DNA from: an uncultured Clostridia bacterium
Lineage (GTDB): Bacteria > Bacillota > Clostridia > TANB77 > CAG-508
Reading direction: 5' to 3'
NCBI GenBank assembly: GCA_934141555.1
Contig: CAKPCK010000007.1
Location: 3,155-67,154 of the forward strand
DNA length: 64,000 nt
This document shows, piece by piece, positions 18,587 through 28,887 of this stretch. A model generated the notes under the pieces. The model had not been told where the DNA came from. It was given only the letters and a program-made list of their open reading frames with translations, and did no database searches. The translations under genes were made by a program, and so were the position numbers. Each line of letters opens with the position of its first letter. Position 1 is the first letter of the stretch.

Positions 18587-20797
18587 ATGGGAAACATAGT
18601 ATTATTAGATGATTTAACAATAAACAAAATAGCGGCTGGAGAAGTAATAGAAAGACCAGCATCAGCAATAAAAGAAATGGTAGAGAACTCAATAGATGCA
18701 GGAGCAACAAATATAACAGTAGAAATAAAAAATGGTGGAATATCATATATAAGAATAACAGATAACGGAAAAGGAATTGCAGAAGATGATTTAGAAATAG
18801 CATTTGAAAGACATGCAACAAGTAAAATAAGATCAGCAGAAGATTTAAGCACAGTAAAATCTATGGGGTTCCGTGGAGAAGCATTGGCAAGTATTGCTGC
18901 AATTTCAAGGGTAGAATTAGTTTCAAAAACAGCCACACAAGCAAATGGTCAAAAAATAGTTGTAGAAGGTGGAAATATAATAGAAAAATCTGAAATTGGA
19001 GCAGGAGTTGGAACAACAATAACTGTAACAAATTTATTTTATAATACACCAGTAAGATACAAATTTCTAAGAAAAGATTTTACAGAAGCAGGATATATAG
19101 AAGATGCAATATCAAGAATTGCACTAGCACATCCAGAAATAGCTTTAAAACTAATAAATACAGGAAGAACAGTAATACAAACAAATGGAAATGGAGATTT
19201 AAAAACAGTAATATATAGTTTATACGGAAAAACAGTTGCAAATTCTATAATTGACGTAGATTATGAATTAGAAGATATACATATATATGGAGTTATAGGA
19301 AAACCAGAAATAGCAAGATCAAATAGAGCAAATCAAATATTTTTTGTAAACAAAAGATATGTAAAAGATAAGGTATTATCATCAGCAACAGAAAGAGCAT
19401 ATAAAGATTACATACCATCTGGAAAATTTGCATTTGCAGTATTAAATATAGATATGAATCCAAGAAAAGTTGATGTAAATGTTCATCCAGCAAAATTAGA
19501 AGTAAGATTTGAAAATGAAAATACAATATTTAAAGCAGTATATAATTCAATAAAAGAAAAACTATTGTCTGATGAAAATAATAATGCAGAAGAAAAAAAT
19601 GAATTTCAACCAAGAAAAGAAACTATTGTAGAACAAATATATAATCAAAGAAAACTTCAAGAAATGGGATTGATTGAAGAACAACCAAAAGAAAAAATAG
19701 AAAATAATAATGAGACAATAATTAAAACTGAAATTCCAAAAGTAGAAGAATCTAAAGTAGAAGAAATAAAACAAGATATTAGAGATGATGAAAGTTCAGA
19801 ATTTGTTGGAAACGCGGTATATGACAAGAATCAAGAAGTATTAAGGAAATTACAAGAATTAAAGCAAAAAGTATTAAATGATGACTTTTCAACATCAAAT
19901 GTACAAGAATATAAGATAAGTGAAAATTTAGATGTAAATAAATATGAATATGAACAACCAAAAGAAATTGATATAGAAAAAATTCAAGAAAAACCAATTA
20001 AAGATGAGGTTTCAGGTCAAGAAGAAAAAATAGAAAAAGAAAATGAAACAAAAAAGAAAACAAGATTTTCACCAGAGTTTGAAGAAATGTATATGAAAAC
20101 ATTTGGAACAAGACCACTAGAAGAACAAAATAAAATAGAAAAAGAAGAAGATAGTGTTGAAGACATAACAACACAAGTTGATAATATATCTATATTTGAT
20201 AAATTCCCTGAAAACCAAAAAGTAAATTATAAATTTATAGGTATTGCATTTGAAAATTATGCTATATTAGAAATAAATCAAGATATGTATATATTAAATC
20301 AAAGAAAAGCAAGGGAAAGAATTTTGTATGAAGCACTAAAAAACAATTATTATAATGAAAAACAAAATCAATCACAATTATTATTATTACCAGATGTTAT
20401 AACACTATCCAAAAAAGATATGGAAATAGCTAGAGATAATATAGAAATGTTAAATAAAGCTGGATTTATATTTGAACCATTTGGAGATGATACAATAAAA
20501 TTAACAGAAGTTCCAGAAATATGTGTTGAGATGGAAACAAAAGAATTATTTATGGAAATTTTAAAAGAAATAAATTCTGTTGCAAGAACAGAGAAAAAAG
20601 AAATAGAAGAAAAATTTTTACAGACAATTGCCAAAAAAGTTGTTGAAAATGAAAAAAATAATAATACAAAAGAAGAGACTCAAAATATAATAGAAAAATT
20701 ATTATCACTAACAGATCCATTTGAAAATTCAAAAGGAAACCCAATAGCAATAAAAATGTCAAAATATGATATTGAAAGAAAGTTCTCTAGAAAATAA
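18587..20797 (+). CDS. mutL: DNA mismatch repair protein MutL
   Basis: LDDLTINKIAAGEVIERPASAIKEMVENSIDAGAT...TDNGKGI...GFRGEALASI. Has a long Lys/Glu-rich linker. Confidence 0.95.
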   Translation: MGNIVLLDDLTINKIAAGEVIERPASAIKEMVENSIDAGATNITVEIKNGGISYIRITDNGKGIAEDDLEIAFERHATSKIRSAEDLSTVKSMGFRGEALASIAAISRVELVSKTATQANGQKIVVEGGNIIEKSEIGAGVGTTITVTNLFYNTPVRYKFLRKDFTEAGYIEDAISRIALAHPEIALKLINTGRTVIQTNGNGDLKTVIYSLYGKTVANSIIDVDYELEDIHIYGVIGKPEIARSNRANQIFFVNKRYVKDKVLSSATERAYKDYIPSGKFAFAVLNIDMNPRKVDVNVHPAKLEVRFENENTIFKAVYNSIKEKLLSDENNNAEEKNEFQPRKETIVEQIYNQRKLQEMGLIEEQPKEKIENNNETIIKTEIPKVEESKVEEIKQDIRDDESSEFVGNAVYDKNQEVLRKLQELKQKVLNDDFSTSNVQEYKISENLDVNKYEYEQPKEIDIEKIQEKPIKDEVSGQEEKIEKENETKKKTRFSPEFEEMYMKTFGTRPLEEQNKIEKEEDSVEDITTQVDNISIFDKFPENQKVNYKFIGIAFENYAILEINQDMYILNQRKARERILYEALKNNYYNEKQNQSQLLLLPDVITLSKKDMEIARDNIEMLNKAGFIFEPFGDDTIKLTEVPEICVEMETKELFMEILKEINSVARTEKKEIEEKFLQTIAKKVVENEKNNNTKEETQNIIEKLLSLTDPFENSKGNPIAIKMSKYDIERKFSRK

Positions 20798-20811
20798 GGA
20801 AGGGTATATTA

Positions 20812-21243
20812 ATGAATACAATAATTACTGTAATATCAATAATACTATTTTTAGTATTAAGTATAATTATTTATAATGGACTAAATGGAATGAATCAAAA
20901 AAAGAAAATTATAATATTTTTTATAGAAATCATTGTGTGTTTTGTATTTACGACAATATTATTTAACCTTTCTTCAATAGGAATAGAGTATTTAAACAGT
21001 AAAAATAAAGGAATAGCAATGAGAACATTAGTTGCAATATTTACTCCTATAAATGGTATAATATTATTACCTAATATTACAAGAATAATAAATGAAAGCC
21101 AAAATGGTGAAATAAATAAAGAAGAATGTAAGAAAAGATTGAAGAAATCATTAATAGTATTTATATTGTTAGTTATAATAGAATTTGTTTATTTAAAGAA
21201 TACTCAAATAGGTATTTTAAATAATTATAATATGCAAAAATAA
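20812..21243 (+). CDS. Hypothetical membrane protein (4 TM)
   Basis: Hydrophobic segments. Tightly packed between mutL and miaA. I recognise no family. Confidence 0.5.
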   Translation: MNTIITVISIILFLVLSIIIYNGLNGMNQKKKIIIFFIEIIVCFVFTTILFNLSSIGIEYLNSKNKGIAMRTLVAIFTPINGIILLPNITRIINESQNGEINKEECKKRLKKSLIVFILLVIIEFVYLKNTQIGILNNYNMQK

Positions 21244-21261
21244 TTGCAGAATGGAGACGAA

Positions 21262-22185
21262 ATGCATAAAACTAAAGTAATTGTGATATGTGGACCAACA
21301 GCATCTGGAAAAACAGCATTATCAATAGAATTAGCAAAAAAAATAAATGGAGAGATTATATCATGTGATTCTATGCAGATATATAAGGATATGAACATAG
21401 GAACTGCAAAAGTTACAGAAGAAGAAATGCAAGGAATTAAACATTATATGATTGATTTTGTTTCTCCAGATGAGAGATATAGTGTAGCAGATTACAAAAA
21501 TGATGCAGAAAAAATAATTGAAATTATTACTAATAAAGGAAAGATACCAATAATTGTTGGAGGAACAGGACTATATGTTGATTCACTAATATATAATATA
21601 GAATATCCAAAAATAAATCTTGATGAAGATTATAGACAAAAATTAGAAAAAGAAGTTGAAGAAAAAGGATTAAAATATTTATATGATGTTGCAAAAAAAA
21701 TTGATGAGCAAGCTGTGCAAAAAATTAGTATTAATGATAAAAAAAGAATAATGCGAGTCTTAGAAATATATCATGCAACAGGAAAAACAAAAACAGAGCA
21801 AGAAGTAGAATCTAGAAAAAAAGAAGTAAAATATGATTATAAAATATTTGCAATTAATATGGACAGAGAAAAACTATATCAAAGAATTAATTTAAGAGTT
21901 GATAAGATGATAGAAAATGGTTTAATTGAAGAAGTTGAAAATTTACAAAAACAATATAACCATTTTCCAACAGCGATGCAGGGCTTAGGGTATAAAGAAG
22001 TTGTTGAATATTTGCAAAATGAAATTACAAAAGATGAAATGATAGAAAAAATCAAGCAAGAAAGTAGAAGATATGCTAAAAGGCAATTGACTTGGTTTAG
22101 AAAAAATAAACAAACCATTTGGATAGACGGACTTAAAAATATAGAATACAATGTTTCAATTATAGAAAAAGAAATAAGTAAGTAA
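21262..22185 (+). CDS. miaA: tRNA dimethylallyltransferase
   Basis: VIVICGPTASGKTALSIELAKK...ISCDSMQIYKDMNIGTAK...GGTGLY. I prefer the ATG at 21262 over the TTG at 21244. Confidence 0.93.
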   Translation: MHKTKVIVICGPTASGKTALSIELAKKINGEIISCDSMQIYKDMNIGTAKVTEEEMQGIKHYMIDFVSPDERYSVADYKNDAEKIIEIITNKGKIPIIVGGTGLYVDSLIYNIEYPKINLDEDYRQKLEKEVEEKGLKYLYDVAKKIDEQAVQKISINDKKRIMRVLEIYHATGKTKTEQEVESRKKEVKYDYKIFAINMDREKLYQRINLRVDKMIENGLIEEVENLQKQYNHFPTAMQGLGYKEVVEYLQNEITKDEMIEKIKQESRRYAKRQLTWFRKNKQTIWIDGLKNIEYNVSIIEKEISK

Positions 22186-22203
22186 TATCTAAAATGATAG
22201 GAG

Positions 22204-23433
22204 ATGATGGAAACGAAAAAACTTAAGAAAATATTGGCAATAATAGTTTGTATATGTTTAATAATATATTTTTTATATGCAGTGATTTTACTTATAATGA
22301 ATCCAACAGATATATATGTATTAACAAAAGGTGAGATAATAGAAGAAGATGAAACAGTTGGGTATATTATAAGAAATGAAACAATAATAAAAGATGATAC
22401 TAATTCAAATGGAATATATGCAATAGCTACAGAAGGACAGAAAGTAGCTAAAGATGAAATTATTTTTAGATATTATAAAGATAGTGAAAAAGAAATAACA
22501 GATAATATAAAACAAATAGATTACCAAATTCAAGAAGAACTAGAAAAAGATAAAACAACTCCATCATCAGCAGATATTAAGGTTATAGAAAATCAAATTG
22601 AAGAAAAATTAGTTTCATTAAATAGTTTATCAAATTATCAAGAAATGAAAGAATATAAAGATAATATAGATAATCTAATTGCTAAAAAAATAAAATATAT
22701 TGGAGAAATTACTGATAATAAGGAAATAAAACAATTAGTAAAAGAAAGAAATGAATATGAGAAACAATTAACAAATGGAGTATTGTATAAAAAATCTACA
22801 ACAAGTGGTATTGTTTCTTATAGAGTAGATGGATTAGAAGAAAAATTAAGAGCAGATAATTTAGCAGAAATTACAGATACGTTTTTAGAAAATTTGGATT
22901 TAAAAACAGGACAAATAATATCTACAAGTAATGAATCTGGAAAAATTATAGATAATTTTAAATATTATATAGCAGTTATAATAAATACAGAACTTAGTAA
23001 TAAAGCTAAAGTTGGAGATAATGTAACATTAAAAATATCAGGAGCAGAAGAAGAAAATGCAAAAGTTGTTCAAATAAATGAAGGAAGCGGAAAAAGAACA
23101 ATAATTTTTGAAATTAATAGAATGAGTTCAACAGTTATAAATCATAGAAAATTGTCAGTTGATGTAATTTGGTGGAAAAAGACAGGATTTAAAGTGCCAA
23201 ATCAAGCTATATATACTGAAAATATAAATGATAAAGATATAAATTATGTATTGATAAATAAATCTGGAATAGAAAATAAGTGTTATGTAAAAGTTGAAAA
23301 ACAAAATGAGACATTTTCTATAATTTCATCTTATGAGATAAAGGAATTACAAGAACTAGGAATTGATGAAAATGATATTAAGAATTATAAAAAAATATCT
23401 AATTATGATGAAATAATTTTGAAGACACATTAA
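22204..23433 (+). CDS. Hypothetical membrane-anchored coiled-coil protein (HlyD-like architecture possible)
   Basis: N-terminal TM, long coiled-coil middle, beta-rich C-terminus. Assignment is weak. Confidence 0.45.
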   Translation: MMETKKLKKILAIIVCICLIIYFLYAVILLIMNPTDIYVLTKGEIIEEDETVGYIIRNETIIKDDTNSNGIYAIATEGQKVAKDEIIFRYYKDSEKEITDNIKQIDYQIQEELEKDKTTPSSADIKVIENQIEEKLVSLNSLSNYQEMKEYKDNIDNLIAKKIKYIGEITDNKEIKQLVKERNEYEKQLTNGVLYKKSTTSGIVSYRVDGLEEKLRADNLAEITDTFLENLDLKTGQIISTSNESGKIIDNFKYYIAVIINTELSNKAKVGDNVTLKISGAEEENAKVVQINEGSGKRTIIFEINRMSSTVINHRKLSVDVIWWKKTGFKVPNQAIYTENINDKDINYVLINKSGIENKCYVKVEKQNETFSIISSYEIKELQELGIDENDIKNYKKISNYDEIILKTH

Positions 23434-23434
23434 A

Positions 23435-23476
23435 TGTTACAATAGTGTTACAAAAATATTAAATTTTTGTAACACT
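23435..23476. repeat. Cluster of three TGT(T/A)ACA heptamers including a 14-bp perfect inverted repeat, just upstream of the sepF promoter
   Basis: TGTTACA at 23435 and 23446, TGTAACA at 23468. Inverted repeat agtgttacaaaaat (23444-57) / atttttgtaacact (23463-76). TTGACA at 23488. Confidence 0.4.
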
Positions 23477-23588
23477 ATGATAAAGTATTGACAAAAGCCT
23501 AAAAAAGTTAGATACTATATGCAGGTTAATGAAGTGGAGAAAATTTAACTAATTTCAAAAAAAGTGTAAAATATTAGGAGGTTAAAAA

Positions 23589-24077
23589 ATGGCAGGAGCT
23601 ATAATGGACAAAATCTGGGGAGTTATTGGAATGAATAATAATCAATCAGAAGCAGAAGATATGGATGATGAAGAATATGATGTAGATACATATGATAATA
23701 ATTATGAAGAAGAGGAAGAAGACAAAAAGTTTTTTGGAAGAAAAAGTAAAGTTGTTCCAATGACACAACAATCACAAGCTATAAAAATGGTTATATCACA
23801 ACCAACTACATTTGAACAATCAGAAGAAATATGTAGTCTATTAAAAGAAAAAAAATCAGTTATAGTAAATTTAGAATATGTTAGCAAAGAAGTTGCAAGA
23901 AGAATTGTAGATTTTATTAGTGGTGGAGTATATGCATTAGATGGTCACATTCAAAAAATATCAAATTCAATATTCTTAATTGCACCAATGAATTATGAAA
24001 TTACAAATGAAATGGCAAGAGAAGAAATAAAAAATAAATTATCTGTTTCTTGGTTAAAAAATAACAATATAAATTAA
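23589..24077 (+). CDS. sepF: Cell division protein SepF
   Basis: Acidic N-terminal linker, then the conserved core SQPTTFEQSEEICSLLKEKKSVIVNLEYVSKEVARRIVDFISGGVYALDGHIQKIS..IFLIAP. Confidence 0.9.
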   Translation: MAGAIMDKIWGVIGMNNNQSEAEDMDDEEYDVDTYDNNYEEEEEDKKFFGRKSKVVPMTQQSQAIKMVISQPTTFEQSEEICSLLKEKKSVIVNLEYVSKEVARRIVDFISGGVYALDGHIQKISNSIFLIAPMNYEITNEMAREEIKNKLSVSWLKNNNIN

Positions 24078-24102
24078 ATTCATAGAAATGGAGGATTCTA
24101 AT

Positions 24103-24591
24103 ATGATTACACCATTAGATATAGAAAATAAAAAGTTTAGCAAACAAATGATGAATGGATATAATGTAGAAGATGTAGATGACTTTTTAGATGAATTAGT
24201 TATAGATTATGAAAAAAATTATAAAGAATTAGCAGAAGCAAATGAAAAGATTGATAAATTAACAAATGAATTAGAACAGTATAAAAATTTAGAAAAAACA
24301 TTGCAAAATACTTTAGTTATGGCACAAACAACAGCAGAAGAAGTCAAAGTAGCTGCCAAACAACAAGCAGATCAGATAATTAATGATGCCAAAACTAGAG
24401 CTGATGAAATTCAAAGAGATGGTAATGAATCATCTTTAAAAAGATTAGATGAAATTGAGAAACAAATTGCTATTAAGGAAAAAAGGTTTGAAGAAGTAAA
24501 AGAACAATTTGACGTTTATAAAGCAAAAATGGAATCATTATTAATTTCTCAAGAAGAGTTAATTAAAGAGATAAACAAAGAAGAAGAATAA
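24103..24591 (+). CDS. divIVA: DivIVA domain protein
   Basis: MITPLDIENKKFSKQMMNGYNVEDVDDFLDELVIDYE followed by coiled coil. I prefer the ATG at 24103 (GGAGGA 8 nt upstream) over 24088. Confidence 0.9.
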   Translation: MITPLDIENKKFSKQMMNGYNVEDVDDFLDELVIDYEKNYKELAEANEKIDKLTNELEQYKNLEKTLQNTLVMAQTTAEEVKVAAKQQADQIINDAKTRADEIQRDGNESSLKRLDEIEKQIAIKEKRFEEVKEQFDVYKAKMESLLISQEELIKEINKEEE

Positions 24592-24620
24592 ATAGCGAGG
24601 ATTTTCTTGCTATTTTTTAT
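24592..24620 (+). terminator. Intrinsic terminator after divIVA
   Basis: Stem atagcgag/cttgctat (one G-U) followed by tttttt. Confidence 0.6.
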
Positions 24621-24654
24621 TTTATATAATAGGAAAACAAAAGGAGAATGAAAT

Positions 24655-25026
24655 ATGAATAAAGTTCATCAAGAAAAAGGTATAACATTAATTGCACTTG
24701 CGGTAACAATTATAGTAATTTTAATTATTGCAGGAATATCTATAGGGACAATATCTGGAAACGATAGTACAATAAATAAGGCAAATGACGTAAGAAATGC
24801 TGTGAACAATAAAGAAGAGAGTGATGCTATTAAAATAGCTATACAAGAAACAATGTTATTGAATGATAAGGGAGAATTAGATGCTGAAAATTTTGAAAGA
24901 ATTTTGAGAGAACATCTAGTGGAAGTTTATAATTTCTATTATGACGAAACACAAAAAAAATATACTTTTACAGCATATCCAAGTGGAATAACATATGTAG
25001 TAAATTCTAAAGGAGAAATTGAATAA
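24655..25026 (+). CDS. Orphan type IV pilin-like protein (same non-canonical N-terminus as the locus pilin)
   Basis: MNKVHQEKG|ITLIALAVTIIVILIIAGI shares the identical stretch TLIALAVTIIV with the 3280 pilin. RBS aaaggaga. Confidence 0.6.
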   Translation: MNKVHQEKGITLIALAVTIIVILIIAGISIGTISGNDSTINKANDVRNAVNNKEESDAIKIAIQETMLLNDKGELDAENFERILREHLVEVYNFYYDETQKKYTFTAYPSGITYVVNSKGEIE

Positions 25027-25033
25027 CTTTAAG

Positions 25034-25071
25034 TGTTGCAAATGTTACAAAAGTATTAAATGTATGTTACA
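25034..25071. repeat. Second cluster of three TGTT(A/G)CA heptamers just upstream of the rsmD promoter
   Basis: TGTTGCA at 25034, TGTTACA at 25043 and 25065. The shared core gttacaaaa(a/g)tattaaat also occurs at 23448. TTGACA at 25087, 16-nt spacer, TAAAAT at 25109. Confidence 0.4.
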
Positions 25072-25147
25072 ATTTTATTAAGACTATTGACATTATACAA
25101 AAAAAGGATAAAATAGTAATATATGAATGAAAGGTAACATTATAAAT

Positions 25148-25723
25148 ATGAGAATAATAAGTGGAAAAGCAAGAGGAACAAAATTATATACATTAGAGGG
25201 AATAGCAACAAGACCAACATTAGACAGAGTAAAAGAATCACTATTTAATATAATACAAAATGATATTGAAGATTCCACTGTATTAGATTTATTTTCAGGA
25301 AGTGGAGCAATAGGACTAGAATTTTTAAGTAGAGGAGCTAAGAGAGCTGTTTTATGTGATAATTCAAAAGATGCTATAAAAATCATAAAACAAAATGTAC
25401 AAAAAACTCATTTTGAAGAAATTGCAGAAATATATAATATTGAATTTACAAAATTAATTGAAAGATTACAAAATCAGAAATTTGATATTATATATATAGA
25501 TCCACCTTATGCCACAGATTTCATAAAAATATCAATTGAAAAAATTATCGAATATAAATTGGTTAATGAAAATACTAAAATTATAGTAGAAACAGATGAT
25601 GAAAAAAGAATATTAAAACAAATAGAAAAAATGGATGTTGAAATTACAGATAAAAGAAAATATGGAAGAGCAACAATAATATTCTTAAAATATATTAAAA
25701 CACAAATACCTAGAAAGGGGTAA
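25148..25723 (+). CDS. rsmD: 16S rRNA (guanine966-N2)-methyltransferase RsmD
   Basis: MRIISGKARGTKL....TRPTLDRVKESLFNI...LDLFSGSGAIGLEFLSRGA...IYIDPPY. An alternative start at 25127 cannot be excluded. Confidence 0.9.
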   Translation: MRIISGKARGTKLYTLEGIATRPTLDRVKESLFNIIQNDIEDSTVLDLFSGSGAIGLEFLSRGAKRAVLCDNSKDAIKIIKQNVQKTHFEEIAEIYNIEFTKLIERLQNQKFDIIYIDPPYATDFIKISIEKIIEYKLVNENTKIIVETDDEKRILKQIEKMDVEITDKRKYGRATIIFLKYIKTQIPRKG

Positions 25724-25726
25724 AAA

Positions 25727-26230
25727 ATGGAAATATTCACATTATTAGAAACTTTAGAAGATATATTAGAAAATAGCAAGGGGCTACCTTTTACCAATAA
25801 AACAATGGTTGATAAAGAAGAACTATTAGAAATAATAAAAGAAATAAGAATAAAATTACCAGATGAATTGAAACAAGCTAAATGGGTAAAAGAAGAAAGA
25901 CAAAGAATATTAGCTGAAGCTCAAAAAGAAGCTGATGGTATAGTTAAAGAAGCTGAAAATAGAATAATTGCAATGATTGATGAACATGAAATAACAAGAA
26001 AGGCATATGAACAAAAGGCAGAAATAATAGAAACAGCTAATGAGATGTCAAGAGAAATTTCACAAGGAACAAAAGAATATGCAAATAATTTATTAAATTC
26101 AACAGAAAAAGTTTTAACAGATACATTAGCAAAATTAGAAAAAGATATAAGTGAAGCAGCAAACATAATGCAAATGTCATTAGAAGGTACAATTAAGACA
26201 ATTCAAGACAGCAAAAAAGAATTACAATAA
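25727..26230 (+). CDS. Hypothetical coiled-coil protein (ATPase subunit b/H-like repeats)
   Basis: The E/K/A-rich helix ...ERQRILAEAQKEADGIVKEAENRI... resembles ATP-synthase stalk-like proteins. Function unknown. Confidence 0.5.
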   Translation: MEIFTLLETLEDILENSKGLPFTNKTMVDKEELLEIIKEIRIKLPDELKQAKWVKEERQRILAEAQKEADGIVKEAENRIIAMIDEHEITRKAYEQKAEIIETANEMSREISQGTKEYANNLLNSTEKVLTDTLAKLEKDISEAANIMQMSLEGTIKTIQDSKKELQ

Positions 26231-26373
26231 TCTAAAAAGGATAGGTTTTATAGACCCGTCCCCATAGTATAAATATAGAAATTAAAAAGATGGGGACACC
26301 CTTATGTTTATTCACATAAGGTGTGTCCTCATCAAAGTTTAAAGGAAAGTAAAATGCTGGAAGGGGTAGAAAA

Positions 26374-28863
26374 ATGGCAAAAAGAAAAAGTAGTAAAAAA
26401 AAGAAACAACAGAAAAAACAAGATATATCACTAATAGTAGTAATTATTTTAAGTGTATTATTAACAGTATTAATATATGCACAATCAGGAGCAATTGGAA
26501 TTGCCTTAAGTGATTTCTTTGGTGGAATGATAGGAATATTAAAATATATATTACCATTAGGAGCGTTTGCTGTTGCAATAAAAATGGCATGTATAGATGA
26601 TGATGGATATATATCATCAAAAATAGGTCAATATGTATTATTGTTAATATTTATTGCTGTAATATTAAGTGTTTATCAAATATATAATGGAGAAATAAAT
26701 ATAGAACAAGACATATCAGAAATAGTAAAAGATGCTTATCAGTTAGGAGAAAACAATATTGGTGGAGGAGCATTAGGAACAATTGTAGCAGTTCCATTAT
26801 TTAAGTTATTTGGAAAAATTGGTACAATTATAGTAAGCATAGGAGTAGCAGTAATTCTATTTGCTACAACATTTGGAATTGATGTTGCTGAAATAATAAG
26901 AGCAATAATACAATCAGGAGTAGAAAATAGTAAAACAAAACATGAATTAAAAATAGAAGAAAAAGAAGCTAGACATCAAGAAAAATTAGAAAAAATAGCA
27001 ATGATGAAAGAACAAGAAGGAACAGAAAAATTAAGCAAAAAAGAAATGAAAGCCAAACTAAGAGAAGAAAATAGAAAAGCATATCTAGAAAATACAGAAG
27101 AAGACAGTGAAGGACAAATAAAAATAAATTTAAATGGAAGAGCAATAGAAGAAATAGATGAAAATGGTCGTACTAAATTTAAACATGGAAAACATGATTT
27201 AATTCCATTGACAAAAGAAAAGAAAAAAGCAAATATTACAAATGTAGCAAGTTCAATTGGAGAAAAAGAAAATATAGATCCAGACTATATTGAAAATGAT
27301 TTATTTAAAAAAGAAGAAGAACAAAAAGAAGATAAAACAAAACAAGTTTTACAACTTGAACATGCAATGATAGTCGAAGACGAAAATTATCAATATCCTC
27401 CAATTGAGATATTAAGTAAAGGCGAAAAAAAGGCTATAAAAGGTGGAGCAAAGGCATTAACAGATGTTGCAACAAGATTACAAAAAACATTATATAGTTT
27501 TGGAGTACAAGCAAAAGTAGAAAATGTAACAGTAGGACCAGCAATAACAAGATATGAATTAAAACCAGCTGAAGGAGTAAGAGTTAGTAAAATTGCAAAT
27601 TTAGCAGATGATATAGCATTAAATTTAGCTGCAGAGACAATAAGAATAGAAGCACCAATTCCAGGAAAGCAAGCAGTAGGAATAGAAGTACCAAATCAAG
27701 AAAAAGAAATGGTACATTTAAGAGAAGTATTAGAATCAGACGAATTTGCTGAAAGTAAATCAAAGATGAGTGTAGCCTTAGGAAAAGATGTTGCAGGAAA
27801 AGTAACAATTGCTGATATGGCAAAAATGCCACACACATTAATTGCAGGTTCAACAGGTTCAGGAAAGAGTGTTTGTATAAATACAATAATAACAAGCATA
27901 ATATATAAAGCAAAACCAAGTGAAGTAAAACTTGTAATGGTAGACCCAAAAGTAGTTGAATTATCAGTATATAATGGAATACCACATTTATTAATACCAG
28001 TAGTAACAGACCCTAAAAAAGCAGCAGGTGCATTAGCATGGGCTGTACAAGAAATGGATAATAGATATAATTTATTTGCACAAAAAGGTGTAAGAGATTT
28101 AAAAGGATATAATGCATTAATAGAAAAAGAAGAAGGAGTAGGAAAATTACCACAAATATTAATTATAATTGATGAGTTAGCAGACTTAATGATGGTTGCA
28201 GCAAAAGAAGTAGAAGATTCAATTTGTCGTCTAGCTCAAAAAGCAAGAGCTGCAGGAATGCACTTAATAATAGCAACACAAAGACCATCTGTTGATGTAA
28301 TCACAGGTATAATTAAAGCCAATATACCATCAAGAATAGCATTTGCAGTATCTTCACAAGTAGACTCAAGAACAATATTAGATCAAGTTGGAGCAGAGAA
28401 ATTATTAGGAAAAGGTGATATGTTGTTTTATCCAACAGGTGCAGCAAAACCAACAAGAATACAAGGAGCATTTGTATCTGATGAAGAAGTAGAAAAAATA
28501 GTATCATTTGTAAAAACAAATGGAGAGGCAACATATAATGAAGATATATTAGATTCAATAGAAAAAAGTGGTAAAACAGACAAAGAAATTCAAGATGCAA
28601 ATTCAAAAGATCCAGATGATAATACAGATGAACATTTAATGGAAGCAATAGACTTAGTTGTTGAAACAGGTCAAGCATCAACATCATTTATACAAAGAAA
28701 ATTTAATGTAGGGTATGCAAGAGCAGGAAGAATAATAGATCAAATGGAAGAAAGAGGAATTATTTCAGGATATCAAGGAAGCAAACCACGTCAAGTATTA
28801 ATGTCAAAAGAAAGATGGGAAGAATTAAAAATGGGAACACCACCTGAAGGTAATCAAGAATAG
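26374..28863 (+). CDS. ftsK: DNA translocase FtsK/SpoIIIE
   Basis: N-terminal TM domain, linker, Walker A GSTGSGKS, IIIDELADLMM, ATQRPSVDVITG, and a C-terminal gamma (winged-helix) domain. Confidence 0.95.
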   Translation: MAKRKSSKKKKQQKKQDISLIVVIILSVLLTVLIYAQSGAIGIALSDFFGGMIGILKYILPLGAFAVAIKMACIDDDGYISSKIGQYVLLLIFIAVILSVYQIYNGEINIEQDISEIVKDAYQLGENNIGGGALGTIVAVPLFKLFGKIGTIIVSIGVAVILFATTFGIDVAEIIRAIIQSGVENSKTKHELKIEEKEARHQEKLEKIAMMKEQEGTEKLSKKEMKAKLREENRKAYLENTEEDSEGQIKINLNGRAIEEIDENGRTKFKHGKHDLIPLTKEKKKANITNVASSIGEKENIDPDYIENDLFKKEEEQKEDKTKQVLQLEHAMIVEDENYQYPPIEILSKGEKKAIKGGAKALTDVATRLQKTLYSFGVQAKVENVTVGPAITRYELKPAEGVRVSKIANLADDIALNLAAETIRIEAPIPGKQAVGIEVPNQEKEMVHLREVLESDEFAESKSKMSVALGKDVAGKVTIADMAKMPHTLIAGSTGSGKSVCINTIITSIIYKAKPSEVKLVMVDPKVVELSVYNGIPHLLIPVVTDPKKAAGALAWAVQEMDNRYNLFAQKGVRDLKGYNALIEKEEGVGKLPQILIIIDELADLMMVAAKEVEDSICRLAQKARAAGMHLIIATQRPSVDVITGIIKANIPSRIAFAVSSQVDSRTILDQVGAEKLLGKGDMLFYPTGAAKPTRIQGAFVSDEEVEKIVSFVKTNGEATYNEDILDSIEKSGKTDKEIQDANSKDPDDNTDEHLMEAIDLVVETGQASTSFIQRKFNVGYARAGRIIDQMEERGIISGYQGSKPRQVLMSKERWEELKMGTPPEGNQE

Positions 28864-28887
28864 ATACAAAAGAAAGGAGGAGAAGAT

